From contig CAYVQL010000009.1 in the NCBI GenBank assembly GCA_964454135.1, forward strand, positions 3,858 to 67,857: a stretch of 64,000 bases of DNA. The letters run 5' to 3'. Position numbers and translations under genes: made by a program. Positions 55,089 to 64,000 of this stretch are shown here, piece by piece. The first letter of the stretch is position 1. Each line of letters begins with the position of its first letter. Under the pieces are notes generated by a model, which was given only the letters and a program-made list of their open reading frames with translations, did not search any database and had not been told where the DNA came from. The stretch is from an uncultured Enterobacterales bacterium (GTDB taxonomy: Bacteria; Myxococcota_A; UBA796; JAFGLY01).

Positions 55089-56579
55089 GTGAAGACCACC
55101 CTCCGCAGTCTGCTCGCCATCGCCACGGGACTCGTGTTGGCCTGCAGCCGCGACCTGCGAGACCCTACCACGCGCCAGGGCAAGTTCCCCCAGCCCCAGG
55201 ACAGCGCCGAGGAACCCGCGGGCTGCCTGGTGGATCTCGATTCCTTCGTCGCCGACTTCCGCATCGACAAGCAGGAAGACTGGACCGCGGGCATCCAGGC
55301 CGCCGCCGAGGCCGGCTCTCCCTGGGTGAACCTGCGGCTGCAGTGGGCCCTGCACGAACCGGAGCAGGGTGTCTTCGACTGGCAGGCGCTCGATGTGGCC
55401 CTGGCCCAGGCCGAAGCCCTGGGGGTGGGGGTGCGCGGCATGATCGTCACCACGCCGCCCTGGGCCTCCAGCGCCGAGGAGCAGGCCCAGCTCGACACAG
55501 GCTACTGGGGCCGGCTGATCCCCGAGCGGCCCGAGGACCTGGCCGAGTTCGCCACGGCCCTGGTGCAGCGCTACCGCTGCCGCATCCCCATCCTGGAGAT
55601 CTACAACGAGGTCAACGGGGCCTACTTCTTCGGCTCTTCCAGCGAGTACGTGGTCCTGCTGAACGAGGCCTACCAGGCCATCAAGCGGGTGGAGGAGGGC
55701 GTGATCGTGGAGGGGCCGGCCCTGGCCACCCTCTTCGAGGTCGAGGACGGCCGCGCCCCGCCCGAGATCCACCACGGCGAGGTCAACGACGAAGGTCTGG
55801 GCCTGACCGTGGACGAGTGGCTGGACAGCTTCTTCGCCCAGGACCCCCAGCTGGACTGGTTCTCCTACCACCCCTACGGCCCCAACCTGGGGCCCACCGA
55901 GCTGGCCGAGCAGCTGAAGTTCGTGGACCACCCCAACCAGGCCTACTTCGGGCTGCAAGGGGTGGAGACGATGCTGGCGCGCCTGCTGGCGGCGGGCCAC
56001 GCCCACACGCCGCTGCACGTAAGCGAGCAGGGCTACCTGTCCTACGGCTCAGAGGGCGCGGTCGCAGTCAACGTGCCCACCGCCGCCGGCCTGCTGATGG
56101 AGGAGTACGCCATCGCCCGCAGCTGGCCCGAGGTGCGCGGCCTGGGCTGGTTCGTCTACGACCCCGACTACGACAGCCCCGGCAGCCTGGCGACCGCCAA
56201 GGGCGAGGCGGCCCTGCCCCTGCGGGCCTACGAGCTGATCCAGGACCAGCTGAAGGACTACCCCGTCTACGAGGAGCGCCTGCTGGGCGAGCCCGGCGGC
56301 AGCGGCACCTGGATGGAGTGGTTCTCGGGCGAAGAGGGCGACCTCTTCGTGGTCTTCAACCCCACGGTCAGCCAGGCCTACGGCCAGGCCCCCTCGTACC
56401 ACGAGACGCGCAGCGTCACCCTGACCGTGGGGGACCAGGCCCAGGTGATCCTGCGCAGCATCGAGGATCTGGCTGCAGGAGACCTGGAGCTGGTGGAGGA
56501 GGTGCTGGAGCCCGACTGGAAGGGGAATGTGAGCTTCACGAGCACGCCGGTGCCGGCGTTCGTGGTGGTGCAGGACTGA
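55089..56579 (+). CDS. Lipoprotein, clan GH-A (TIM-barrel) glycoside-hydrolase-like
   Basis: The GTG at 55089 gives MKTTLRSLLAIATGLVLAC. The candidate acid/base context is ILEIYNEVNG, and the candidate nucleophile context is LHVSEQGY. The family is unresolved. Confidence 0.55.
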   Translation: MKTTLRSLLAIATGLVLACSRDLRDPTTRQGKFPQPQDSAEEPAGCLVDLDSFVADFRIDKQEDWTAGIQAAAEAGSPWVNLRLQWALHEPEQGVFDWQALDVALAQAEALGVGVRGMIVTTPPWASSAEEQAQLDTGYWGRLIPERPEDLAEFATALVQRYRCRIPILEIYNEVNGAYFFGSSSEYVVLLNEAYQAIKRVEEGVIVEGPALATLFEVEDGRAPPEIHHGEVNDEGLGLTVDEWLDSFFAQDPQLDWFSYHPYGPNLGPTELAEQLKFVDHPNQAYFGLQGVETMLARLLAAGHAHTPLHVSEQGYLSYGSEGAVAVNVPTAAGLLMEEYAIARSWPEVRGLGWFVYDPDYDSPGSLATAKGEAALPLRAYELIQDQLKDYPVYEERLLGEPGGSGTWMEWFSGEEGDLFVVFNPTVSQAYGQAPSYHETRSVTLTVGDQAQVILRSIEDLAAGDLELVEEVLEPDWKGNVSFTSTPVPAFVVVQD

Positions 56580-56669
56580 TTCGCTGGGCGTTCCGCACGG
56601 TCGAGCCGTAGCCTGTCCGCGACGCGGCGGGTATCATGTCCGTACATCTTCCGTACAGGAGGACAAGCT

Positions 56670-56942
56670 ATGGCCCCTTCGCATCCCCGAAGAACGGACC
56701 GCATCGAGCTCCGCACCACCCCAGAGGAGAAACGGCTGCTGCTCTCGGCAGCGGCCCACGAGCGGCTCGACCTGACCTCGTTCGTGCTGCACACGGCGCT
56801 TCCGGCGGCTCGCAAGGTGATCGAACGCGCTGAACGTCTGGAGCTATCCGAACGCGACAGCCTGCGGGTTCTCGAGCTGCTCGAGAATCCACCCGAGCCA
56901 AGCCCCGCGCTTCTGCAGGCGGCTGCTCGGCGGATGTCGTGA
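56670..56942 (+). CDS. tacA: DUF1778 (TacA-type, RHH) antitoxin
   Basis: 90 aa. RIELRTTPEEKRLLLSAAAHERLDLTSFVL matches the DUF1778 signature. Its stop overlaps the GNAT gene's start (GTGA). Confidence 0.85.
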   Translation: MAPSHPRRTDRIELRTTPEEKRLLLSAAAHERLDLTSFVLHTALPAARKVIERAERLELSERDSLRVLELLENPPEPSPALLQAAARRMS

Positions 56943-57472
56943 TCGACCTCTCCTCTTGGTGCGAGCAGCCGATCTCGCGGCAACACCGCCGGGAGAGCTT
57001 CGACTGCGGCCAGGCTGATCTCAATACCCATCTGCGGCGCCACGCCAGGCAGAACCACCAACGAGGAGGCGCCAAGACCTTCGTCGCCGTGCCCTCCGCC
57101 AAGTCGACGAAGATCCTGGGCTACTACACCATCAGCCCGGCGTCGATCGCCTTCGCGCGCGTCCCAGAGGTGCTGTCCAGGGGCCTTGGGCGATACGAGG
57201 TTCCCGCATTCCGCCTGGCACGCCTCGCCGTAGATCTCGAGTGCCAGGGACAGGGATTGGGCGCCGAGCTCCTGCTCGCAGCAGGGAGACGCGCTCTCGC
57301 GGTGTCACAAGAGGTAGGGGGCGTCGCCCTGCTGATCGAAGCCAAGGATGACGGAGCCGCCAGCTGGTACGCCCGCTTCGGAGCTCTTCGGCTACGAGAT
57401 GATCCCCGACACCTCGTCCTTCCCCTCGCCACGATCGCAAGAGCGCTCCGCGCAGCCCAGCGCAGCAAATGA
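56939..57472 (+). CDS. tacT: GNAT-family acetyltransferase toxin (TacT/AtaT type)
   Basis: 177 aa. Key residues are FDCGQADLNTHL, YYTISPASI, and RLAVDLECQGQGLGAELL (acetyl-CoA Q/RxxGxG/A motif). Confidence 0.85.
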   Translation: MIDLSSWCEQPISRQHRRESFDCGQADLNTHLRRHARQNHQRGGAKTFVAVPSAKSTKILGYYTISPASIAFARVPEVLSRGLGRYEVPAFRLARLAVDLECQGQGLGAELLLAAGRRALAVSQEVGGVALLIEAKDDGAASWYARFGALRLRDDPRHLVLPLATIARALRAAQRSK

Positions 57473-57515
57473 GGCGCTGCGCCGCGCTACGGGGTTGAGG
57501 ATCGGACCCGGGGAC

Positions 57516-58220
57516 TCAATACACGTACAGATCCGCCGTGTAGCGGTGGTAGTAGTAGTACCCGTGGCCCCGCCACCATTGGCCGCTCACCTCCAGGCTG
57601 AGCGGCTTCTTGGTCAGCACGGCCCATTGCGCCCAACCCCAGGGATCATCGGCCACGGCACCGCATGAGTCTCCCCAGGTGAGCTGCCCGTTCTCGAACC
57701 AGCCCAAGAAAGGAGCCCCGTCGTAGTAGGTGGTCGAAAACCCGATCACGGCCAGGAAGTCCCTGCCCGGATGGTCGTAGCCCATATTGCCGCAGTCGTC
57801 GCCGTACTCCCATGTCAACTGGAGCTCCACGTCGAAGGCGAGGTCGCAGTCGGGGCAGGACCCTGTGTACGACGTACCCCAGACGTCCCAGGCTTTCTGG
57901 CAGCCCCACTGATCCCAGCGGTACTCCAGGGTGCCGACCACGGTGCCCAGGCTGCCGAAATCGACGTCGGCGTCGGTGTCCGAGTCGGTGTCGGCGTCGG
58001 TGTCCGAGTCGGTGTCGGCGTCGGTATCGGCATCCGCATCGGCGTCGGTATCGGCGTCGGCGTCGGCATCGGCATCGGCGTCGGCGTCGCTGTCCGCGTC
58101 CGTGTCGGCATCCGTGTCGGTGTCGGCATCGGCCTCCGGGACGGCCGAGTCCTCGCCCTTTTTCGGGCAGCCGGGCAGGAGCAGGTACAACGACAGAAGC
58201 GTGGAGATGAAACAAACCAT
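57516..58220 (-). CDS. Lipoprotein with a long acidic D-[AT] linker and a Trp/Tyr/Cys-rich C-terminal domain
   Basis: Lipobox is LLLPGC. The tract reads [55 protein letters not shown]. The C-domain contains CPDCDLAF and ends [10 protein letters not shown]. Confidence 0.65.
   Translation of the reverse strand: MVCFISTLLSLYLLLPGCPKKGEDSAVPEADADTDTDADTDADSDADADADADADADTDADADADTDADTDSDTDADTDSDTDADVDFGSLGTVVGTLEYRWDQWGCQKAWDVWGTSYTGSCPDCDLAFDVELQLTWEYGDDCGNMGYDHPGRDFLAVIGFSTTYYDGAPFLGWFENGQLTWGDSCGAVADDPWGWAQWAVLTKKPLSLEVSGQWWRGHGYYYYHRYTADLYVY
57961..58135 (-). repeat. Coding (GAC-RCN)n repeat including an exact 24-bp duplication
   Basis: On the plus strand, gtcggcgtcggtgtccgagtcggt occurs twice in tandem. 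Runs of gtcggc/atcggc hexamers follow. Confidence 0.85.
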
Positions 58221-58242
58221 GGCGGGGAGCCTACCACACGCC

Positions 58243-60069
58243 CTACATCATCGACGCCCAGGGATCGGTGTTCGCGTGCAGCAGAACCCGCTGTCCCAGC
58301 TCCAGCCCCGCCAGGTCCATGGGCTGGAAGCCCTCGCCGTCCCAGCTCAGGAAGAGCCAGCGCTCATCGTCCAGGGGATGGCGCAGCGAAAAGCGCGCCG
58401 CCAGCACGTCGCGCCCATCCTCGGTCAGCTCCAGGATGGTCACGTCGAAGGGTCGCTGGTGGTAGACGACGCCCGCCTCGAGCTGGGGCTCCCGACGCAC
58501 GATGCGGGCGAACATATTGCTCACCCAGCCCTCGCGATCGCTGCGCAGCACGAACTCGCTCTCCCCGGTGCGCTCCACGCTCCAAACCCCGTAGGCCGAA
58601 GACAGCACGTACAGGTCCGAGCGCTGCTGCATGTGGTAGTCCAGCACGCCCGCCGGGTAGTAGGTGGCGAAGATGCCCGAGGTGTTCAGCAGCAGGATGT
58701 GCTCGGGATCCGCCGCCTCCACGTGGGGCTTGGCCGTCAGCATCTGCTCCTCGGGCTGCCGCAGGCTGGGCACCATGGAGAAGGGCATGGCGGCCGAGGT
58801 GAGCGCCCCCAGCAGCAGCAGGCCGCACAGGGCCCAGATCCCCCACAGCCGCGTCAGCAGCGGCGCCTGCACCTGGCGCCCGATCCTGCGCGCCAGCCAG
58901 CCTGTGCGCACCGCCATCATGGCCAGCAGGGGGCAGGCGAAGAGCATGGGGAAGTACAGGGAGCGCTCGCTGGCGTCGGTGCCCAGCTGGGGAGCCAGCA
59001 CCAGCCCGTAGAGCAGCAGCGCCCACCAGGCCATGGCGGAGCGGCGAAAAGGCCACAGCGCAGCCAGCCACAGGGCCATGGTGGCCACGCCGGCTGCGAT
59101 CATGGGGGCCTTGAGCCAGGGCTCGAAGATGGCGAAGCTGGCCCACATGGGCGTCAGCGAACCCAGCCAGAGCATGGGCGCGTTCTCCAGGGCGTTGGCC
59201 AGGTAGAGTCCCGGCGCGGCCAGGGGATTGACGTACATCAGGTTGTGCATGCCCCCCAGCCCCAGGGCCTGGTAGAGCCCCAGGTAGAGGGCCAGCAGGC
59301 CCAGCTGGGGCGCCCAGGACAGCCAGTCCTTGGCGAAGGCGCGCAGGCGCTCGCCCACGCCCCCGCCCCAGGCGGCCACGCGCCCTGCGGGCATCAGCAG
59401 GCTCATCATCACCAGCGCCAGGGGCGCGGTGGCGGCCGACTCCTTGCAGCCAAAGGCCAGGGCCAGGCTGATCAGCGAGACGGCCAGGGCCCAGGCCTTC
59501 CTGCCCTCGAGCCAGCTGCGATGGGCCAGCAGCGAGCCCATGAAGAAACCCGCGCAGAGCAGATCGGTCAGGGTGGCGATCCAGCCCACACCCATGCTGT
59601 GATCCTCGCAGCTGATGAAGAGCAGGCCCGCCAGCAGGGCGGTCAGCCCATGGGCGCCCAGACGCCGCACCAGCAGGGTCAGGCCGGCGGCCACCCAGCC
59701 GTGCGCCACGATGGACAGCAGGTGCAGGGGCATGGCCCGATGCCCGAGGAGCCTCACCGAGCCCTCGAAGAGCAGGCTGAAGACCGGCCGCCAGAAGAAG
59801 CCGATGGCGCCCTCTTCGCCCCACCAGAGGTGATCGAAGCAGGTCATGCCGGTGTAGGACCACACGCTGCGCCAGCGCTCGTAGGGCAGCGGATCACGCC
59901 CCATGATGTCCAGAAGGAGCAGGTCGTCGGCCAGAAAACCGCCGAAGAGGTAGTAGCCGTTCAGCAGCAGGGACAGCAGCAGGAAGAGCAGCAGCACGGC
60001 CCCGGGCCTGTCGGCCAGGCGGCTGATGCGCGCCCACAGGCTCGGTTGGGGGACATCTCTTTCGGTCAT
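58243..60069 (-). CDS. Polytopic membrane protein, GT-C-fold (PMT/TMTC-like) glycosyltransferase-like
   Basis: 608 aa with about 12 hydrophobic segments. [33 protein letters not shown] resembles the (Y/F)RPL...H..N..lH loop of the PMT_2/TMTC families. There is a soluble C-terminal domain. Confidence 0.5.
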   Translation of the reverse strand: MTERDVPQPSLWARISRLADRPGAVLLLFLLLSLLLNGYYLFGGFLADDLLLLDIMGRDPLPYERWRSVWSYTGMTCFDHLWWGEEGAIGFFWRPVFSLLFEGSVRLLGHRAMPLHLLSIVAHGWVAAGLTLLVRRLGAHGLTALLAGLLFISCEDHSMGVGWIATLTDLLCAGFFMGSLLAHRSWLEGRKAWALAVSLISLALAFGCKESAATAPLALVMMSLLMPAGRVAAWGGGVGERLRAFAKDWLSWAPQLGLLALYLGLYQALGLGGMHNLMYVNPLAAPGLYLANALENAPMLWLGSLTPMWASFAIFEPWLKAPMIAAGVATMALWLAALWPFRRSAMAWWALLLYGLVLAPQLGTDASERSLYFPMLFACPLLAMMAVRTGWLARRIGRQVQAPLLTRLWGIWALCGLLLLGALTSAAMPFSMVPSLRQPEEQMLTAKPHVEAADPEHILLLNTSGIFATYYPAGVLDYHMQQRSDLYVLSSAYGVWSVERTGESEFVLRSDREGWVSNMFARIVRREPQLEAGVVYHQRPFDVTILELTEDGRDVLAARFSLRHPLDDERWLFLSWDGEGFQPMDLAGLELGQRVLLHANTDPWASMM

Positions 60070-60091
60070 GGCTCACCTCCGGGGCGAAAGA

Positions 60092-60110
60092 CGCGACGGA
60101 GCAGGTCGCG
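60092..60110 (-). terminator. Hairpin downstream of the AraC-family gene (candidate terminator)
   Basis: On the plus strand, CGCGAC-ggagcag-GTCGCG. On the minus strand it is followed by tctttcg. It lies in the gap between 60193 and 60069. Confidence 0.3.
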
Positions 60111-60192
60111 CTCTCAAGTCCCATCATCGGCCGCAAAGAGCAAACCGGCTTTCACCATCTTGCGCTGCGCTTGACTCATCTTGCTCTCTTGC

Positions 60193-61074
60193 TCAGAGCG
60201 GCCGCACGGGCAGGCAGAAGCGCACGGCCCAGCGCCCGTCGGGCAAGGGCTCTCCCTGGCCGTAGAGCTCGAAGCAGGGGCCGGTTGCGGGCTGGAAGCC
60301 GCTGTGGGGCAGCCAGCCCCCGAAGAGCTGATTCCAGGCCTCCAAGATGCCCTCGGCGTGCAGCTCGCAGGCCCAGACCGCGTGCAGGCCGCCCTCCAGC
60401 GTGGCCATGGCCACCTCGCCGCTGGGGCGCTGCTCGGGCCCCACCTGCACGCCGGCGTCGTAGCGGCAACGCTCCAGGGGCGTCACCTCGGGATCGTCGT
60501 GGGGGATGCCCACCAGCTCCGCCCCCGGCCCCAGCAGCTCGTGGGCCGTGGCCCACTGGGCCAAGCGCTCCCAGGCGGCCCACAGGCTGGGCGCGTGGTA
60601 GTCGCCCCAGTGCCGGATGTAGGCCACCCGCATGGGCGCCAGGCGCTGCAGCGCCACGCCCGCCGCCGGGGGCTCGCCAGCTGTCGGCGCGCGCTCCTTC
60701 CTGTCCGGTCGCTGCTCCTGCTTGCGCTCCTGCGCAGCCCGAAACTCGCTGGCTGTGGCCCCGAAGTGGGCCTTGAAGGCGCGGGCGAAGTGGGCCGGCG
60801 AGGAGAAGCCGCACTCCAGGGCGATGTTCGAGATGGGTTCCTCGCTGTTCCAGGTCAGCATGCCCGCGGCGCGCTCCAGGCGCATGCGCTGGATGCAGTG
60901 GGCCACGGTCTCGCCCATCAGGCCGCGGAAGACGCGGTGGAAGTGGAAGGGCGAAAAAGCCGCCACGTGGGCCAACCCCTCCAGGCGCAGCGGCTCGTCG
61001 ATGTGACCCTCGATGTGGTCCAGCACGCGGTTGATGCGCCCCAGGTACTCACGGCGGGAAGCGGTGGGGTTCAT
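60193..61074 (-). CDS. AraC-family transcriptional regulator with a GyrI-like effector-binding domain
   Basis: The N-terminal HTH pair reads LEGLAHVAAFSPFHFHRVFR and IALECGFSSPAHFARAFKAHFG. The C-terminal half reads VAYIRHWGDY...GGWLPHSGF and ends CLPVRPL. Confidence 0.85.
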   Translation of the reverse strand: MNPTASRREYLGRINRVLDHIEGHIDEPLRLEGLAHVAAFSPFHFHRVFRGLMGETVAHCIQRMRLERAAGMLTWNSEEPISNIALECGFSSPAHFARAFKAHFGATASEFRAAQERKQEQRPDRKERAPTAGEPPAAGVALQRLAPMRVAYIRHWGDYHAPSLWAAWERLAQWATAHELLGPGAELVGIPHDDPEVTPLERCRYDAGVQVGPEQRPSGEVAMATLEGGLHAVWACELHAEGILEAWNQLFGGWLPHSGFQPATGPCFELYGQGEPLPDGRWAVRFCLPVRPL

Positions 61075-61084
61075 GCGGGCAAGC

Positions 61085-62062
61085 CTACTCTTCCAGCAGG
61101 ATCAGGATCCCCCCGGAGGTGACGGTGGAGCTCACCCGCGCGGCCTGGCCCCAGGGCGTCTGCGCCTCGGGACCGTAGTAGCGGGCGTCCACCTGGAAGG
61201 CCACATAGGGGTCCAGGGTCTCGAGATCCTGGTTGGGGCTGAGCAGCAGCAGGTCGTCGGCGGGGATGATCAGCTCGCCCTCGGCGCTGGGCAGGCAGGC
61301 CAGGGCCTCGAAGCTCAGCTCCTCGCCCAGCTCGTTGTTGCGTAGAAAGACCAGCTCCTCGCGCTCCAGCGGCTCGCCGTCCATGCGGGGCACGGTGCCC
61401 AGGTGCTCCCAGGCCACGTCCAGCGGCTGGCTGGGATCGTGGACGACGCAGCCCTGCTCCTCGGGCTCGCCGGGCTGCAGCAGCTGCAGCTCGGGACCGA
61501 CGCCGAAGACGCGCTCGATCCGGAGCTCGGGCAGGCCGGCGGGCCCCGTACCCGCGGGCACGTCCAGGTCGAAGACCTCGCCGAAGGGGAAGCTGTCCTC
61601 GTCGCAGTCCGGCAGCGCGTAGGTCAGGCGCCCCTGGGCGTCGTCCTGCAGCTCCAGCTCCAGGCTCCGCTCCTGTCCGTGCAGGTAGATGCGCTGGGCG
61701 CCGGACAGGCTGCCCGCCACGTGCCAGGCGCCCTCGCTGCGGGGCTCGTCCTCGTCGAACCAGGTGGCCAGGCAGCTGCCCGGCTCTTGGGGGATCTCGA
61801 TCACGGCGCCCTCGGCGCCGGCGTTCATGCCGTCGCTCTCCCAGTCGCGATGAAAGGCCACCTCCACCTGGCAGCGGTCCACGCTCTCGCCCCAGCTGCC
61901 CCGCTGGAAGGCCACGTCGAAGGCGATGGAGAAGGGACGACCCGCATCCCAGCCGGCGTCGTCGTAGGGAAAGGAGATCCCGTCTTCGCCGTGGATCCAG
62001 TACTCCTGGCAGGCCAGCGCCGGCAGGGCGAAGGCGGCCAGAAGCGGTGGGAACAGGCGCAT
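61085..62062 (-). CDS. Secreted hypothetical protein
   Basis: 325 aa with signal MRLFPPLLAAFALPALAC. It is acidic, and I recognised no motif. Confidence 0.55.
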   Translation of the reverse strand: MRLFPPLLAAFALPALACQEYWIHGEDGISFPYDDAGWDAGRPFSIAFDVAFQRGSWGESVDRCQVEVAFHRDWESDGMNAGAEGAVIEIPQEPGSCLATWFDEDEPRSEGAWHVAGSLSGAQRIYLHGQERSLELELQDDAQGRLTYALPDCDEDSFPFGEVFDLDVPAGTGPAGLPELRIERVFGVGPELQLLQPGEPEEQGCVVHDPSQPLDVAWEHLGTVPRMDGEPLEREELVFLRNNELGEELSFEALACLPSAEGELIIPADDLLLLSPNQDLETLDPYVAFQVDARYYGPEAQTPWGQAARVSSTVTSGGILILLEE

Positions 62063-62074
62063 GATCGCATCTTC

Positions 62075-63730
62075 TCATGGTCGATGGGGGGGCGCAACCA
62101 GCAGCTCCTCCGCGGACCGCGGGACCAGCTCGGTTGGGCCCAGGTCCCAGATGCGCAGCTCTTTGTCGCTCACCCAGGGCTCCCCCAACCTGGACACGTA
62201 GTCCCGCTGCCGCTGCTGGCCCAGCTTCCCGGCCACCAGGTAGCGCACGCCCAGGGCCCGCAGGCTCCCGGCGGGATCCTCGTCCGCCAGGGCATCGTGG
62301 CTCAGCTTCGCCAGGGCCCGCATCTCTGCGGGCATGAACATCCTGGGCAGGGCATTGGTGGGCCGGCCGTGCAGGGCCGCCTGCAGCAGCGAGCGCTGGT
62401 TGCGGGTCAGGCCCCGCTCAAGGGGCAGGTTCAGCACGGCGCCGTCCCGCCCCCGCATCTCGGCCATTCGCTCCACCGCGGGCACCGGGACCACCTGCAG
62501 GGGCCAGGGGCCGCTGGCCCGCACCGCATCCGCCAGCTGCAGGGCCAGCAGGGCCCAGGCCAGCCAGGGTCGACGCGCGGTCTCGGCCACCAGCCACAGG
62601 GCCAGCCCCAGGGAGGCCAGAATGGCCAGGCGGTAGTACATCCCCCCTTCCACAAGGGGGTAGCGCAGCAGCGCCAGGATGCCAGCCGGCAGGGGCAGGC
62701 CGGCAGCCTGGTCGACCAGGTAGAGCTGGGGTCCCAGGGCCAGCAGGGCACCGGCGCCCAGCAGGATCAGACCCGTCCGCCGCCCCTGGCGGCGCCCCTT
62801 GCCCAGCAGGCTCAGCAGCGCCAGCGCCCCCAGCAGCAGGCTGCCCAGGTAGGGCACGTGGCGCGTCAGCCAAGGATCGCCACGCAGGATCCGCGGGCCG
62901 ACCAGCAGGTCCTTCAAGCTCGCCACCGGGTGCGGGCTGGGCAGCTCGGCCGCCAGTCCGCCCGACATCGCCGGCATGAAGAGCTGCAGCTCCGTGGGGA
63001 GCGGCTCGGTTCGGTAGTACGCCCACGCCGGCAGCAGCGCCGCCGCCACCAGCAGGCCCAGCAGCAAGGGCCGCCTCAGGCGCCGGCGCCGCAGGGCATC
63101 GGCGCCCAGCAGCCCCAGGCTGAGCAGGGGAATGGTCAGCCCGAAGTAGGGCGAGGTGAAGGCGGTGATCGAGGCCAGGGCGGCGGCCGCCAATGCCCAG
63201 CGCCACGGCCGCGCGTCGCAGGCCCGGTCCAGGGCGTAGAGAAAGAGCGGGATCAGGCCGATCTGCAGCTTGGGCAGCTCGCCCGTGGCGAAGGTCCCCA
63301 AGGCGAAGGGGCAGAGCGCGAAGGCCAGGCAGCCCGCGGCCAGCGCCCAGGGCCCGGCGCCGGTCCAGCGCCGCAGCAGCGGCCAGGCGGCCAGGGCCGA
63401 CAAGGGCAGCGCGAGCAGCTCGGCGATGTGGAAGGCGCTCAAGGGGCCCAGCGCCAGGCGCAGGGGCAGCATGGCCAGCAGGGGCAGCCAGCCGATGAAG
63501 CGCCCCTGCCTGGGCCAGGGGTAGCCGGCGCGCAGGCTGCTGTGCAAGGGCTCGCCCTGGGTCAGGACCTGCCACAGGTGCTCGCCGGTCCAGACGTGGG
63601 AGGGCCCGAAGATGCTCGGGGAAAAGGCGCGGTCCAGCTGCAGGGGCAGCGGCCAACACAGGGCAGCCACCGCCAGCAGCGGGAGCAGGAAGGTCAGCGC
63701 GAGGGCCAGCCAGCGATGGCTGCGGACCAT
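62075..63730 (-). CDS. Polytopic membrane protein of unknown function (possibly GT-C-like)
   Basis: 551 aa with 12 or more hydrophobic segments and a soluble C-terminal tail. It sits 12 bp upstream of the secreted protein gene. Confidence 0.55.
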   Translation of the reverse strand: MVRSHRWLALALTFLLPLLAVAALCWPLPLQLDRAFSPSIFGPSHVWTGEHLWQVLTQGEPLHSSLRAGYPWPRQGRFIGWLPLLAMLPLRLALGPLSAFHIAELLALPLSALAAWPLLRRWTGAGPWALAAGCLAFALCPFALGTFATGELPKLQIGLIPLFLYALDRACDARPWRWALAAAALASITAFTSPYFGLTIPLLSLGLLGADALRRRRLRRPLLLGLLVAAALLPAWAYYRTEPLPTELQLFMPAMSGGLAAELPSPHPVASLKDLLVGPRILRGDPWLTRHVPYLGSLLLGALALLSLLGKGRRQGRRTGLILLGAGALLALGPQLYLVDQAAGLPLPAGILALLRYPLVEGGMYYRLAILASLGLALWLVAETARRPWLAWALLALQLADAVRASGPWPLQVVPVPAVERMAEMRGRDGAVLNLPLERGLTRNQRSLLQAALHGRPTNALPRMFMPAEMRALAKLSHDALADEDPAGSLRALGVRYLVAGKLGQQRQRDYVSRLGEPWVSDKELRIWDLGPTELVPRSAEELLVAPPHRP

Positions 63731-63779
63731 GGGAGAGCCGGACTCGGGGGAGAGCGAGCCATAGCACGCCCGGAAAAGA

Positions 63780-64000
63780 TCAGTAGCCGGTCCCAGGCGC
63801 CGGGAAGGTCAGCGAAGAGAGGTAGTACAGCCCGTTGGCGCCCAGGGCCGTCTCTGTCGCGCTCATATAGCTGGACGGGTCGATCACCATGTCCTCGTCC
63901 GCCGGGTAGGCCACGCCGTAGAAGACCTGCATCTCCGGGTAGTAGTCTTGCGGGTAGCCGACGTACTCGTCCAGCATGCCCAGCTCGGCATGACCCGAGA
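63780..64000 (-). CDS. C-terminal fragment of a hypothetical protein (ORF open to the window edge)
   Basis: The frame stays open beyond the ATG at 63977 (...SGHAELGMLDEYVGYPQDYYPEM...). The stop is at 63780. Confidence 0.4.
   Translation of the reverse strand, partial: SGHAELGMLDEYVGYPQDYYPEMQVFYGVAYPADEDMVIDPSSYMSATETALGANGLYYLSSLTFPAPGTGY

Noticed and set aside
57931-60174. 747-aa plus-strand ORF
   Set aside because: It is antisense to the acidic-linker lipoprotein and the GT-C-like membrane protein. It begins with an SASV repeat that is simply the reverse reading of the D-[AT] array.

Overview
This is a GC-rich bacterial window (codon third positions are mostly G/C), densely coding on both strands. 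I recognised no rRNA, tRNA, CRISPR array, integrase or transposase. All domain calls come from motifs read in the translated ORFs, since no database search was possible.

Lineage: several features point to Myxococcota. These are a MYXO-CTERM-type tail, many lipoproteins with MopE-like Cys/Asp repeats or FG-GAP repeats, acidic D-[AT] linkers, and a giant Ser/Thr kinase with WD40 repeats.

Ordinary content:
- A DUF3311 plus sodium:solute symporter pair, ychF, and a cysteine desulfurase plus TusA pair.
- A B12-binding radical-SAM enzyme.
- A minus-strand regulatory block (sensor kinase, OmpR-type regulator, alpha/beta hydrolase, YdjM-like protein, hybrid kinase).
- Many secreted hydrolases: S8 and S1 peptidases, a zincin, an alkaline-phosphatase-superfamily enzyme, a purple-acid-phosphatase-like enzyme and a clan GH-A-like enzyme.
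- A TacA/TacT toxin-antitoxin pair, an AraC/GyrI regulator and two large polytopic membrane proteins.

Most unusual stretch (about 37.9-51.9 kb), which looks like an accessory or defence-type island with patches of lower GC:
- A CYTH (CyaB-like) gene followed by a tandem AAA+ ATPase.
- A WYL regulator divergently paired with an uncharacterised protein carrying a PD-(D/E)xK-like motif.
- An HNH endonuclease gene broken into three ORFs by two copies of a 74-nt interspersed repeat. It also contains a 48-bp coding tandem repeat.
- A DUF1232 gene, then a small DUF4258-like gene followed by a 1363-aa protein with a degenerate P-loop.
- A lipoprotein tetra-haem cytochrome c module that runs in frame into a CrtI-like FAD oxidoreductase, apart from one TAG codon.

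Many long ORFs in the track are antisense or out-of-frame shadows typical of high-GC DNA and were rejected.
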